DNA from: Octopus sinensis | Lineage: Eukaryota | Assembly: GCF_006345805.1 (NCBI RefSeq) | Contig: NW_021834676.1 | Span: forward strand, 1-46,758 | Direction: 5' to 3' | Length of the DNA: 46,758 bases | Part shown: piece by piece, positions 1 through 12,180 of the stretch | Numbering within the stretch: position 1 is the stretch's first letter | Layout: each line of letters opens with the position of its first letter | Program-made: the position numbers and the translations under genes | Notes under the pieces: model-generated | The model's database searches: none | Told to the model about the DNA's origin: nothing | What the model saw: the letters and a program-made list of their open reading frames with translations, nothing else

Positions 1-369
1 ATCTCCAAGTTAAAACATGTCTATCTAAAATGTTCTTCTCTCTCCTTAAAATCAAGTCCCCACTATAATCACAAATAATACCAAATTTTTTATAAATTTT
101 AAGCTATCGTACTATACATCCACTAACCTTGCAGATGAAGGAAGAAAGAGCTGGGCCGAGCGTTCCGTACGGGGATTAAGATGACGAGATACAGTAAAAG
201 CGGCAGGAGGTGAAACCGTTAGATACCCGGTTGATATGGCTATACAACTGGTTAGTTTGGGAGATCGGAAGTGGTCAGTGGAAATATAAGGAACTTGGGA
301 GAAGAAGCAAATGACTTGTGAATCAGGAGTTGTACAATTTTGCCGAAAAAATCCTTGTTAATCAGCTGA

Positions 370-1530
370 CAGCACAATAATTGTTACACATCTCTCAGTG
401 CCCGGTAAGGTCTTTTTTCCATGATTATTCTGAACAAAGTGCGAAATCATCTGCTTGCATCCCAGCAGCCGGAGATATCAGGGTTCAGGCCAAAGAGGTT
501 GATTACTGACAGAACTCTGGCTCTCCGTGTACTCATTGAACACAAGCGGACCTTTCAGCAGGGGCTGCTTTCAGCCTATGTCGACTTCTGCAAGGCATTT
601 GATTCGGTGAACAGGGATGTTGCTTTGGAGGATTCTGGAGCTGTGAGGTGTACCTCCTCAACAGATTGGGCTGACGATGGCCTTGTACACTGGAACAGTC
701 AGTACAGTTTGGATTGGGGAGCTCAACATCTGGCTTTTTCCCAGTTAGATCTAGGGTCCGTCAGGGTTGGGTCTTGGCTCCTACCGTGTTCAATGCCTGC
801 ATGGATTGGATATTTGGCCAAACAGTGGCTCAATCAAGTTGTGGTGCACTCATTGGCGAAACTAGGATTACAGACTCAGATTGTTCTAATAACACAGTTA
901 ATCTTGCTGTTTTTCTGGATGCCTTAAGGAATGCTCTCTTTTGACTGCAAGGAAGCAGAACCACTTAGCCTGGGAGTTTCTTGGGTCAGGACGAAAATCC
1001 AGTCCTTTGTTGGCTTCTTGGTGGACTCTGCCTTGTTTGTCTTCGATGTGTGATAATGTTGAAGTTGTTGACCACTTCACTTACCTCGGCAATAAGATTC
1101 ATTGCAACATTGGCTTCAAGTCCAAAGCTCCAAAAAGATTTGAAGTTGGTTCAGCGGACAGGGATGTTTGGTGCTGCCAATATCTTTGGAGGAGAACAAA
1201 GGTTCCGGTCTTTACGTCTCTGATCCTCCCTGTCCTTATGAGACACAATCTGGGGCTCCTTGGGAGCTGCCTGAACTCCTTTGGTACCAGGACACTTCGC
1301 ATGGTTATGGGTTATCATTGGTCAGATTTCATATCCAACCAACGACTCTACTCAGAAACTGAAATGCATCCTGTTACTTCCATGATTTGGGAGCGCCAGC
1401 TCAGACTGGTTGGCCTTGTTGCTTGATTTTCTCAGTGAGAACCTTCTTACCGTGCCCTCTTCACTGAGGATCCAGTGGAGTTGACGGCTCGTATTAGTCG
1501 ACCACAAGCTACATGGTCGCAGCAGATGGT
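370..1530 (+). mobile_element. Degenerate RTE-clade LINE, reverse transcriptase fragment
   Basis: Frameshifted RT motifs across ORFs 421-927, 714-944 and 941-1426: SGFRPKR, YVDFCKAFDSV, VRQGWVLAPTVFN, VDHFTYLG, ERQLRLVG. Confidence 0.85.
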
Positions 1531-2794
1531 GCTTTCCTCTTCCCACATCCACACACCTGATCTAATCGGTTGACTTATCTTATTTTGGGTACAATGTCAG
1601 ATATCTGTTAAGAGCAATATCGCACCATATTCTGTATACGACAGAATAAGTTCAAATATTTGATTAGGTTTTAGGTGTGGTCCTAATGAAGTTAGACAGA
1701 TTGAAATGATGACTTCTTGTAGCTAATGTTTTATTATGTTTTTAATTACCATTATTCTTTGGATTGAAGCATAACGTCCGTTTGATGTTGAAACGCATTG
1801 AAACGCATATCAGAAATGCTGAATGAGAAAAATTTTCCTGTCATATCCTGTCCAAGGGCCGTAGTCCTTTATGGAGCCTAGAGTTTATAAAGGGTCAGGA
1901 ATTGAACGAGAGTGCAGTATTTTAGGGATCTAAAAAGAGATTTTTGTGAAATCCAAGAAACAATCCAGAAAAATTGGGACATGGGATACAAATGTGGGGT
2001 CGCCAGGAAAGATGATCAAATCTGACATTTATAATGATTTTGGTGGGAGTCGATGCACTCGACTCTATTGTGTTTATTTACTGACGGCAAAACCACTGCA
2101 TACATAGATGAGAACTGGGCCCTAGACCGGTGAGGCCCCAAGGCAACTGCCCAGAATGTTCATGCCTTAAGATGTTACTGGTGCCAACAGTTATATGTTA
2201 GGGGAATTAATGTTTATAGAGGTTGATGTAGTAGCTGCGGAAGAAATGAAGAAATGGTAATATCGTCTCAATTATCGTCTCACAGACACAGAGTTTAGGC
2301 TTTCTGTCTCTTCTACGCCTCCTACAACAGGCTCTACAAAGATTCATTTACCGACACAGTGTAAGCACTAACCCACAGCTACACTGCTTCAGCCCTTTCT
2401 TTCCTCTCTACCCACTTCAATAAACTCTAAAAAAATTTTTAAATCACTCGTCACACTGCAATGATTAAGTCACAGGCATAGTTTATCTGCTCGTGTCTCT
2501 TCTACATCTACAAAATAGCATCGGCAACTGTGTCTTTGTGGAGGCAGTAGTCGCAGCAATAGGAGAGACGGAACGGAATATACAGTCTCTCTGTACGTTG
2601 GTGTGTGCGAGATATTGTGAAGAGGCAGAGAAAAGCAGCAGTGTCTGTGGCTGAGATGTTTCGTTCGGGTTACTTTTGTAGAGGCAGCTCTGGTGGTTAT
2701 AGAAGAGGCAGAAAAAAATGAAAACTCTACCTGTCTGCTAGTTGTCGCATAGTTAGGTGGATTTTTAAATACAGCTTAAGCAAATGATGGACAT

Positions 2795-2839
2795 AGCAGT
2801 AGCAGTAGTAGCAGCAGCAGCAGCAGCAGTAGCAGTAGC

Positions 2840-2880
<41 letters not shown>

Positions 2881-2909
2881 CGGTGGTGGTGGTGGTGGCG
2901 GTGGTGGTG

Positions 2910-2967
<58 letters not shown>

Positions 2968-2983
2968 CGGCAGCAGCAGCAGC
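2795..2983. repeat. Compound trinucleotide microsatellite (GCA/GTA/GTG)n
   Basis: Direct inspection. Confidence 0.95.
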
Positions 2984-3072
2984 ATATGTGCCATATATTC
3001 GTGTGTGTACAGTTCGTGTGTGCGTACCTCTTAGAACGGAATAATAATATAAATGGTCAGTTAAACCGAGTG

Positions 3073-3306
3073 GAGACACGTGGTTTGGTGGTTAAGGTGT
3101 TGAATTCATGACTGTAAGATTATGGTTTCGATTCCTAGACCGGGTGAAGCGCCTTGTTCCTGAGCAAAACACTTCATCTCATGTTACTCCAGTCCCTTCA
3201 GCTGGTAAAAATGAGTAATCCGGCGAGGGATCGGCGTCCCGTCCAGGTGAGAAACATTTACGTCATAGAAACCTGTCCTGTGAGTCTGTACGACTCAAGG
3301 AAGAGC
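3073..3306 (+). mobile_element. tRNA-derived SINE (CORE-like central domain)
   Basis: A-box-like TGGTTTGGTGGTTAAGG, B-box GGTTTCGATTCC, then CCTGAGCAAAACACTTCATCTC; related to 15720-15962 and 46385-46675. Confidence 0.7.
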
Positions 3307-3722
3307 AGTTGAACCGTGACATAATATAAACAGCTAAAACACCGAAAATGGAAAGATCTAAAATCTAAGACATGACAAAGAATGCAGCATTGTGAAAGAG
3401 CTGAGACACTGATAAACGAAAAGTTCTAAGCATCACAAGAAATAGTTGAACGGCAGATTGAAGAACTTTATAAAGTATTTAGTTTCGAATCGCCATATTA
3501 CTGCGTACAACATTCTATATAAAATAATATCCGTAAAATACTCTTTCGATTTATTCCATTGTAATCAAATAAATAATTATTATTTGAAAAAAAATTTCAT
3601 GCACGGCAGTTAATGTAAGGACAATAACTCTACAAGATATATTTTGAGTTATTTCCCTTGGAACAGTAAACTAGTTTTATTAGCAATTTCTTCTATACTT
3701 CTGAAATTGGGATTTATGCTCA

Positions 3723-3758
3723 AACATACATACATACATACATACATACATACATACA

Positions 3759-3790
<32 letters not shown>

Positions 3791-3860
3791 CATACATACA
3801 TACATACATACATGCATACATACATACTTACATGCATACATACAAACATACATAGATACA

Positions 3861-3892
<32 letters not shown>

Positions 3893-4043
3893 CACAGGCA
3901 TACATACATACATACGTACATACATGCATGTATGCATACATACATACGTACATACATGCATGCATGCATACATACATACATACATACATACATACATACA
4001 TACATACATACATACATACATACATACATACATACATACATAC
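3723..4043. repeat. (TACA)n tetranucleotide microsatellite
   Basis: Direct inspection. Confidence 0.95.
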
Positions 4044-4314
4044 ACTATGACACCGTTAGAATCAGATGTGCAGGAGTAGAGGTCCTTTTAAAATTGTTTT
4101 TAATACTTTCTTGTACAGTTATGCCGACTCCACCGGTTTACATCAGTAACTGGTTTATTTCTCCAATTATAGTAATAGAAATACTTTTTACTTACCAACG
4201 AATAGCAATGGCTCGAAACGGCAAAGACTTTACATTCTTCACGAGCGTCTAACTGTGACACGTGTGTGTGTGTCTGTCTGTCTGTAATGTAATATAGCTA
4301 AAATAATGTGTGTG

Positions 4315-4369
<55 letters not shown>

Positions 4370-4840
4370 GCGTTTAAATACTTGGGTTCTTTCAAGCTAA
4401 TATTTAAAACCCTTTATGGATAGCTTTATCTACTTCGAGTTCTACCTTTGAAATACGATTTATTTCACGTTCCTCGAAGTTTTTAAAATTCTGTTGATGT
4501 AAACTGTATGAGAGTTTTTTTGTTTTTGTTTTTTTAATATGTCTTGTACCACGAGGAATTCCGTCAGTACAATCATGGCTGAAACTAACAACAACAACTA
4601 CCGATTAGCCAGTAAGCTACCTCTGAAGACATAAGTACACTTCTCATTTTGCTCAGACTCAACATCTAAAGTAAGATCTACTTCGGTGCTCAGAAAAAGT
4701 CTGTGATAATCTTTCTATTAGAAGTAGGAACTGACTGAAAATACTGGGGGTGAAACTCAGCTCAAGTTAAACACCCTTTACAGCGAAACACTTTCACCAA
4801 CAAACAATTTTCTTTAAAAATAAATGGCTTTAAAAATAAA

Positions 4841-5262
4841 AGGCGTAGGAGTAGCTGTGTGGTAAGTAGCTTGCTAACCAACCACATGGTCCCGAGTTCA
4901 GTCCCACTGCGTGGCATCTTGGGCAAGTGTCTTCTGCTATAGCCCCGGGCCGACCAATGCCTTGTGAGTGGATTTGGTAGACGGAAACTGAAAGAAGCCT
5001 GTCGTATATATGTATATATATGTATGTATGTGTGTGTGTGTCTGCTGTGTTTGTCCCCCTAGCATTGCTTGACAAGCGATGCTGGTGTGTTTACGTCCCC
5101 GTCACTTAGCGGTTCGGCAAAAGAGACCGATAGAATAAGTACTGGGCTTACAAAGAATAAGTCCCGGGGTCGATTTGCTCGACTAAAGGCGGTGCTCCAG
5201 CATGGCCACAGTCAAAATGACTGAAACAAGTAAAAGAGTAAAAGAGTAAAAGAGAGTAAAGA
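4841..5262 (+). mobile_element. Full-length bipartite tRNA-derived SINE with internal microsatellite and (AAAAGAGT)n tail
   Basis: tRNA-like head TAGCTGTGTGGTAAG...GAGTTCAGTCCC, internal (TA)/(TG) tract, 3' half ending TGACTGAAACAAGTAAAAGAGTAAAAGAG; homologous copies at 13600-14008, 15343-15508 and 24376-25872. Confidence 0.85.
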
Positions 5263-5559
5263 GCTTGTTTTTGTGATGCTTATCGATTTTCTGAAAACAC
5301 TGAGAACTTGCCAAAAATCTGCCAGAGAAGAGAGGGAGAAATAATGAAAACAAGCAGCTGCCGCCATCACTAAATTCTCGTGTTTCTCCAAATATAGCTG
5401 AGTTGAGAGACAACTGTGGAATATATCCATCTTTTCTACTTTTTTGAAACTCTCGTTGAGCAAATTTTCAACAAGATTTCGGAAAAATTCAACTGTTCTA
5501 ATGTTGAAAGTTATCGACGATATCACTGGAGAGTACGTGGAATCATTTGATGTTAATTA

Positions 5560-7815
5560 CCTTCATTTACGTAATTGCTATAATTCTTAAAGAACACCTG
5601 CGAGAAGTCTGCAGTATACATGGTAATGAATTTACTGAGCGGAAGCAAGCCAGATGGAAGACAAGACCTAAGAAGACACTAACAATCTGTACCGCCATAT
5701 TGGACGGTTAATCACGATAATAAAACAGATGGGAAGTAATGAGTTAACACCTCATCAATTACATCTTAGGAGTAAATTAACAAAACTCTACAGTGACTCT
5801 TCACACTAGGCTCTTGGCACGAACTCGAAATACTCTAAATGGGACGAACTCGGGACGCTGAGTAGAAAACTCGGCTACCGTAAGGAAATTCTCAAACGAA
5901 CCAATATAAAGAACAAACTTGCTTCGAAGCCAAACACATTATACAGAGAGGTGAGGGAGGAAACCATTGCTGTTAAGAAACACCCTTTCTCAAGATCTTG
6001 AATTATTCTAGTCTAAAATCTGGAATGAAAAGAGGAATTTACTCTTCTGGCATCCTGGCTCAATTCAGTTAGGAGAGAATACTGTAAAACATAAACAACA
6101 GACGGAGAAACTTTCGTCAGAGCTGTAATCAAACTGCATAATGGGAAGGCAACAGGAAGAGAGCTAACAGTTGAATATTGGTACAACAAGATGACAGTTT
6201 ACAGAAGAAAATCCTTAATATGTATATTGAAAAGGACTATGGAAAGTCATACTGATGTATCAAATTGGCTTGCAAAATGGCACGGCCGAATCTTGTGGCC
6301 AAGAATGAAACCATCGAGTTGGTGGAAAGCTATAGCCCCATCGCTTGCCTAGACTTTATGTAACCAACAGCAAACAAACCGCCTCAACCAATTCTTCCCG
6401 GATCATTGCGAGGCCAACGACGAGAGGCAAGTAGGAGGAAAGAAGGGAGTGTGGGGTTGGGACGAATAACATTTGATTGATAAACTTGTAAGAAAACACC
6501 GTAAGTAGCCTTGCGACAGCAGGCGTTCGACTCTGTTCCCTCTTCGTGACTGTTGAAGTGTCTACGTGTGGCAAAAGTCCCTGCTGCCTTACTTGCTGTT
6601 ATTGAGAGTTTAACAAAGACCTGGACAATAATTCTGACACAACTGAGAGCGGAACGATCGCCTCCAATGTTATAAATATTCCAAAGGGAATATTCCAAGG
6701 AGGTAGCACCATTTGCAGTACCAGTGGTGATTCCAACATTTGGCATACATAACATGCCTGTCGACGAAATCCACTCCATAGACATTAAAACCTGCAAGAT
6801 ACTAACATCAGTTGGAAACTTCCACAGAAATAATGACATCGACAGACTCTACTAAAGAAGAGACAAAGGAGGAGGTAGAGGCTTGAGATCAGCGCACACA
6901 GCTTTCTGATGTCGTATAAATCTCTCGGACAGCAGCAAAAAAGAAATACACTCACTTACAACAAAAAGGGGTGACAACAACATTCTACGTGTCGGCAGCG
7001 AGCTCCTCGGGAAGATCTCTCTTCCTGATAACCTCTTGTACAATTCAGCATACGAAAAAAAGACTAAGCATGGTTATGTTTTCCGAAGACTTGAAGACAG
7101 TAATAACAACACAAGTGCAGCCGCCCGTGAACTCGTGAGCGCTACATTACATCGTATTTCGAAGGCTATGCATTTTCAATCCAAGAAGAAGGAATTGTTG
7201 CTAATTATCTAACAATTAAAAGAGATGATGGAGCCTTTAGAGTTCTAAGATGCAACCGAAAATGTAGATTATGTCATATTTCTGTGGAAGACATCACACT
7301 TGGGATTAGCAGCTGTCCGGAAATGTCATCAAAGTGCTGTGACATGACGCTGTTGCAAAAACATTATACAATGCCATTAGGAAACAAGACTGTCGTGGAA
7401 TAAATACAGAGAATCCCCCTGTCGTTGAATGCGTACATAACTATCAGCAGAGGGAATACTGTTGGAAGATTCCCATCAAAACATTGGTCGAGTGTAAATA
7501 TAACCGATTGGATATTGTTGTTTGAGAAAGAGGAGAAAAAAAACCTCTACCGTCATAGAGGTCAGTTGTCCAGCTGATGTGAATATTTCTTCGAAAATCA
7601 AAGAGAAAGAGAATAACACCTGTTTCGAAACCTTCAGATTCCAGATTATACAGATTATAAATTCATATTTGTAACAATAATAGTTGGTGTACTTGGTTAA
7701 GTGACAATGTGGATAAGCTAGGATTTTTAGAAGAAGAAATCAACCACCGAATTCGAACATTACAAATACAAGCGGAACAGTAAAAATGTGCAAGACATTT
7801 CTCAAGTTTAAAATG
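5560..7815 (+). mobile_element. Degenerate R4/Dong-like non-LTR retrotransposon (RT plus restriction-like endonuclease)
   Basis: Broken motifs: YSPIACL (~6330), DRLY..GGGRGL (~6840), KCRLCH zinc knuckle (~7260), NRLDIVV..IEVSCPAD endonuclease (~7500-7580), IIVGVLG. Confidence 0.75.
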
Positions 7816-7929
7816 TTTTTGTTATTTATATTTCAACTATGGAGATTTGTACATTTGTTAAAAACCAGATCTTTCTTCAGAAGAAGAGTTTTGATAATTA
7901 ATACTAGAATAGAACATACCTACATACAT

Positions 7930-7932
7930 CTC

Positions 7933-7989
<57 letters not shown>

Positions 7990-8117
7990 ACTCTCTGTAT
8001 ATACATACACACATATATATATATAATATATATATATATATATGTATATATACGTATGTATAAATATACATGTATATATATGTATATATAATATACATAC
8101 ATATTATATATATATGT

Positions 8118-8157
<40 letters not shown>

Positions 8158-8200
8158 TTATATATACATATATATATATAATATATATATATATATACAT

Positions 8201-8253
<53 letters not shown>

Positions 8254-8271
8254 GTATATATATATATACAT

Positions 8272-8317
<46 letters not shown>

Positions 8318-8332
8318 TATATATATATACAT

Positions 8333-8412
<80 letters not shown>
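7930..8412. repeat. (TC)n followed by long (TA)n/(TACA)n microsatellite
   Basis: Direct inspection. Confidence 0.95.
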
Positions 8413-8414
<2 letters not shown>

Positions 8415-8424
8415 GATGGGTTTT

Positions 8425-8780
8425 TTCGTCGTGAACGACAAATGAGACTTCAGTGAAAGAAAGCGATAATCATGTTCTATAGACACGAATGTATGTCTTG
8501 AGGTCTGTCTTTGAAGCGCAAGCGTGGCCTTCCAACTGACCTTCCTGTTGGTAAGTGGCCAAAAAAGAAGTTTCTTCGGAATTCTGATATCACAGACCAT
8601 CCAAGTGTATTTTGATGAGGATGGCTTCAATACCTGATATGTTGCATTTTGTTAGCGTCTCACTGTTATGGTTTTATGTTGGAGATAGTACGCAAGCATC
8701 GCATATGAAAAGCGGTAAGGTGGAAGATGTGCTTTCGGTATAAAGTCCAAGATTCAGCGCCATAAAGCAATGTTGTCAAA
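8425..8780 (-). mobile_element. Highly degenerate RTE-like LINE 3' fragment
   Basis: Minus-strand remnants IRIPKKLLF and [10 protein letters not shown], typical of the RTE C-terminus. Confidence 0.5.
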
Positions 8781-8787
8781 ACTACCG

Positions 8788-8790
<3 letters not shown>

Positions 8791-8825
<35 letters not shown>

Positions 8826-8935
8826 TATAATATATATATATATAGATAATAGATAGATATATAGATAGATAGATAGTAGATAGATAGATATATATATATA
8901 TATATATTATATAGATATATATATAGATAGATATA

Positions 8936-9019
<84 letters not shown>

Positions 9020-9042
9020 ATATAATATAATATATATATATA
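8791..9042. repeat. (TA)n/(TAGA)n microsatellite
   Basis: Direct inspection. Confidence 0.95.
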
Positions 9043-9684
9043 CGTAAGTATGGATGGATGGATGAGTACTCGGCATATTTATTTTGTGTGTTTTACATAT
9101 TCTGATAGGAGCGAACAGTTGTGTCTCTGTTGTTGCTCGACCTTCCTGAAATAGCAGCCACATCCCCCTCAAACTGTACCTAACTGCCTTAAACAGTGAT
9201 GAACCTGTTAGTAATGGAGTCCTGGATACACTATGCCTGAAAACAAGATAGGATGGACCCTCTCTGATCAGTGTTAGTTTGTTCATTCAGGTCCAACCCA
9301 AATCCAAACAACAACAACTTACCCTGGTCTCTGCGTACAATTATGTGGACTGGCCCATCATTAATTAAACTCATTAGCCATAACGACTGTTAATTAGACT
9401 ATTTATTTATTTATATTGCCTGCAAAACTCACTAACTGAATAAAGTCACTGTGCAATACACAGCCTATATTCAGCGTCTGTGTCGTCTGCTATATATTTT
9501 GGTCGTCTGCAAATGGTTGTTGCTTCATCTAATGATTTTCTTAAACAAACAGATACTCAGAGGAAGTTATGTAAGAAGTTGTGTGGGTTTAATGAACAGA
9601 ATTGAGTATCGTTGCCTTCTTCGTTGCAAATCCTCCCAAATAACCAAACAGGCTAAACAATATACCATTCACTTCATACTAGTA

Positions 9685-9690
9685 TTTATT
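9685..9690 (-). promoter_or_regulatory. Candidate polyadenylation signal (AATAAA) for the His/Met-repeat gene
   Basis: TTTATT on the + strand about 290 nt past the stop at 9982; AT-rich context makes a chance match plausible. Confidence 0.3.
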
Positions 9691-9883
9691 CACTGAAACT
9701 CGGCTTTAGTAAAATAACAATTTCTTTTTTTAAAAAAAAAGAGAAGAAAAAAGAAAGGAAAAACCCAACTGGGACAATTTTGTTCATTGGATTAAAAATG
9801 TCAAGCTATCACAGTTCTTTAATGAATGTAATTGAAATAAATGACGCCAAACAGTATTTTTTGCATTTACAAGAAACGGAGAG

Positions 9884-9932
<49 letters not shown>

Positions 9933-9981
9933 TGTATGTGTGTGTGTGTATGTGTGTGTGTGTGTGTATGTGTGTGTTTTG

Positions 9982-12122
9982 TTAGCCTTCATCGTGTTTA
10001 TGTTTCTTTCCATTATCTCTATGAGCTCTATGGTTCATATGAAGAGGCGCAGTATTTCCAATTAAATCGAGATCACTGCGCATGTCACCAGGCTTGTGTT
10101 CATGGGTAGGCGAAAGATGTTTGCGGGCTTCTTCGGCCGTAATTACACCCACCCCTTCTTCAGAAGCTTTTTCCGTTTTATGACTTCTTTCCTTTCTATC
10201 ATTGTTATTATTATTCTTATCTAGATTAAAATATTTCTCCTTCATATCATGAATTGTTTTGTAAATAGAATATAAATAACCGCTAATTCGGCTTTCTTCC
10301 ACCGGTTTCACATTTTCTTCCAGGTCTTTGTCTTTACCACCTTTCACTACAATTTTTCTCTTTGCAAATGATGCTCCATCAGGTACCTTGTCGTTGCTTA
10401 AACTCTTATCTAGAGCATCGATATCAGGAGCCAAAACACTCCCAGGTTGTGAAAGAGGGTCAGCCTTTTCCTTTTTCTCATGTTCATGATGTTTATAACC
10501 AGATCTCGCATCATTATGCATTAAAAGACCATGTATTAATTCTTCGGCATCTGAAGGACTCGCTGGTTTATCTGTTTTACGAACTTTCTGGAACTTTTTC
10601 TCATCTTCATGGACATGACTTTCTCCTGGTTTGGCGTCATTATGCATAAGAACTCCATGAAGATATTCCTCATAGTCCATTGGACTATTTACCGTTCCTT
10701 CTTTTTTCTTCTTGTCAGCAGTATTTTCCTCTTCTCCTGAATGGCCATGGTGGTCGTTTCCAGGTTTCGAGTCGCCATGCATCATTACACCATGTAAATA
10801 CTCTTCATAATTCTGAACATTAAATTGACCCCTAAATTTAGGGTTTATAGATTTTTTGGCATTGTCCTTGGTGTGATGAAGAAGGCCAGCCTGTGAGTCA
10901 CCATGCATCATAACTCCATGCATTTGTTCTGCTATATCTTGAGGCCCAGCTTTTGTGTTTGTGGCCACAACATTCTCTGATCCGCTATGTTCATGGCTGT
11001 GATCCTTACCAGGGGCACTGTCACCGTGCATCAAAACTCCATGCATTTGTTGCTCTATGTCTTGAGGCCCAGCTTTTGTGTTTGTGGCCACAACATTCTG
11101 TGGGTCACCATGTTCATGGCTGTGATCCTTACCAGGGACATTGTCCCCATGCATCATAACTCCATGCATTTGTTGTTCTATGTCTTGAGGTCCTGCTTTT
11201 GTGTTTGTGGCCACAACATTCTGTGGGTCACCATGTTCATGGCTGTGATCCTTACCAGGGGCACTGTCACCATGCATCAAAACTCCATGCATTTGTTGTT
11301 CTATGTCTTGAGGCCCAGCTTTTGTATTTGTGTGTGCAACATTCTGTGGGTCACCATGTTCATGGCTGTGATCCTTACCAGGGGCACTGTCACCATGCAT
11401 CAAAACTCCATGCATTTGTTGTTCTATGTCTTGAGGCCCAGCTTTTGTATTTGTGTGTGCAACATTCTGTGGGTCACCATGTTCATGGCTGTGATCCTTA
11501 CCAGGGGCACTGTCACCATGCATCAAAACTCCATGCATTTGTTGTTCTATGTCTTGAGGCCCAGCTTTTGTATTTGTGTGTGCAACATTCTGTGGGTCAC
11601 CATGTTCATGGCTGTGATCCTTACCAGGGGCACTGTCACCGTGCATCATAACTCCATGCATTTGTTGTTCTATGTCTTGAGGCCCAGCTTTTGTGTTTGT
11701 GTGAGCAGCATTCTGTGGGTCACCACGTTCGTGGCTGTGATCCTTACCAGGGGCACTGTCACCGTGCATCATAACTCCATGCATTTGTTGCTCTATGTCT
11801 TGAGGCCCAGCTTTTGTGTTTGTGGCCACAACATTCTCTGATCCGCTATGTTCATGGCTGTGGTCCTTCCCTGGTGTCTTATCCCCATGCATCATCACAC
11901 CGTGCATGCTGTCGGCAACAGTTTTTGGTCCAGCCACGTCATCACCACCACCACCATCACCGCCACCACTGCTAGCGCCATCTGGTGGAACATCAGTTTT
12001 CACATCCGAGGTATTTTGATCAATCGCCATTTCCTTAACAAATTCCTGTTGATTCTGCTTCTGTGAGTCCCCATTGACCTCGGTCTGGTTGCCTTGGTAT
12101 TTCAGGTCCGTGGAATTGGAAT
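9982..12122 (-). CDS. Terminal coding exon (~713 aa) of an unrecognised His/Met-rich tandem-repeat protein; putative metal-binding, possibly secreted or luminal
   Basis: Uninterrupted 2.1 kb frame with non-microsatellite composition ending HKHDEG-TAA; 12 copies of (M/L/I)HG(V/L)(M/L)MH(G/N)D; canonical 3' splice site (polypyrimidine tract + TTTTACAG|AT, phase 1) immediately upstream; N-glycosylation sequons NST, NQT and NTS near the exon start. Confidence 0.85.
10897..11934 (-). repeat. Coding minisatellite, 123-bp (41-aa) unit, ~8.4 near-identical copies
   Basis: AACTCCATGCATTTG recurs at 123-bp spacing (e.g. 11281, 11404); unit DIEQQMHGVLMHGDSAPGKDHSHEHGDPQNVAHTNTKAGPQ. Confidence 0.97.
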
Positions 12123-12180
12123 CTGTAAAAGAAAACAGAGAAGAGATTAGAATGCAAGGAACAAACGAAGGAAAGAAGTA
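12123..12180 (-). promoter_or_regulatory. Intron 3' end: branch point, polypyrimidine tract and AG acceptor
   Basis: Minus strand ...CATTCTAATCTCTTCTCTGTTTTCTTTTACAG|AT; branch-point-like TTCTAAT at 12152-12146; AG at 12124-12123. Confidence 0.75.

Noticed and set aside
2765-4252. Poly-T/V/L and YIHT/MYVC ORFs (also near 7900-8600, 20500-21000, 22760-25500, 29200-29800 and 41340-41880)
   Set aside because: Translations of microsatellites
4841-4920. tRNA genes at SINE heads (also 3073, 17302, 20581, 38618, 46675)
   Set aside because: A/B boxes are present but continue into SINE bodies; no full cloverleaf
10953-11841. Plus-strand ORFs of 284, 150 and 68 aa
   Set aside because: Antisense shadows of the 123-bp coding repeat
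10897-11934. CRISPR-like array, neuropeptide precursor, reflectin or squid beak His-rich protein
   Set aside because: No unique spacers; no regular dibasic cleavage or amidation sites in the repeats; lacks reflectin MD-x5-MD and GHGxY motifs
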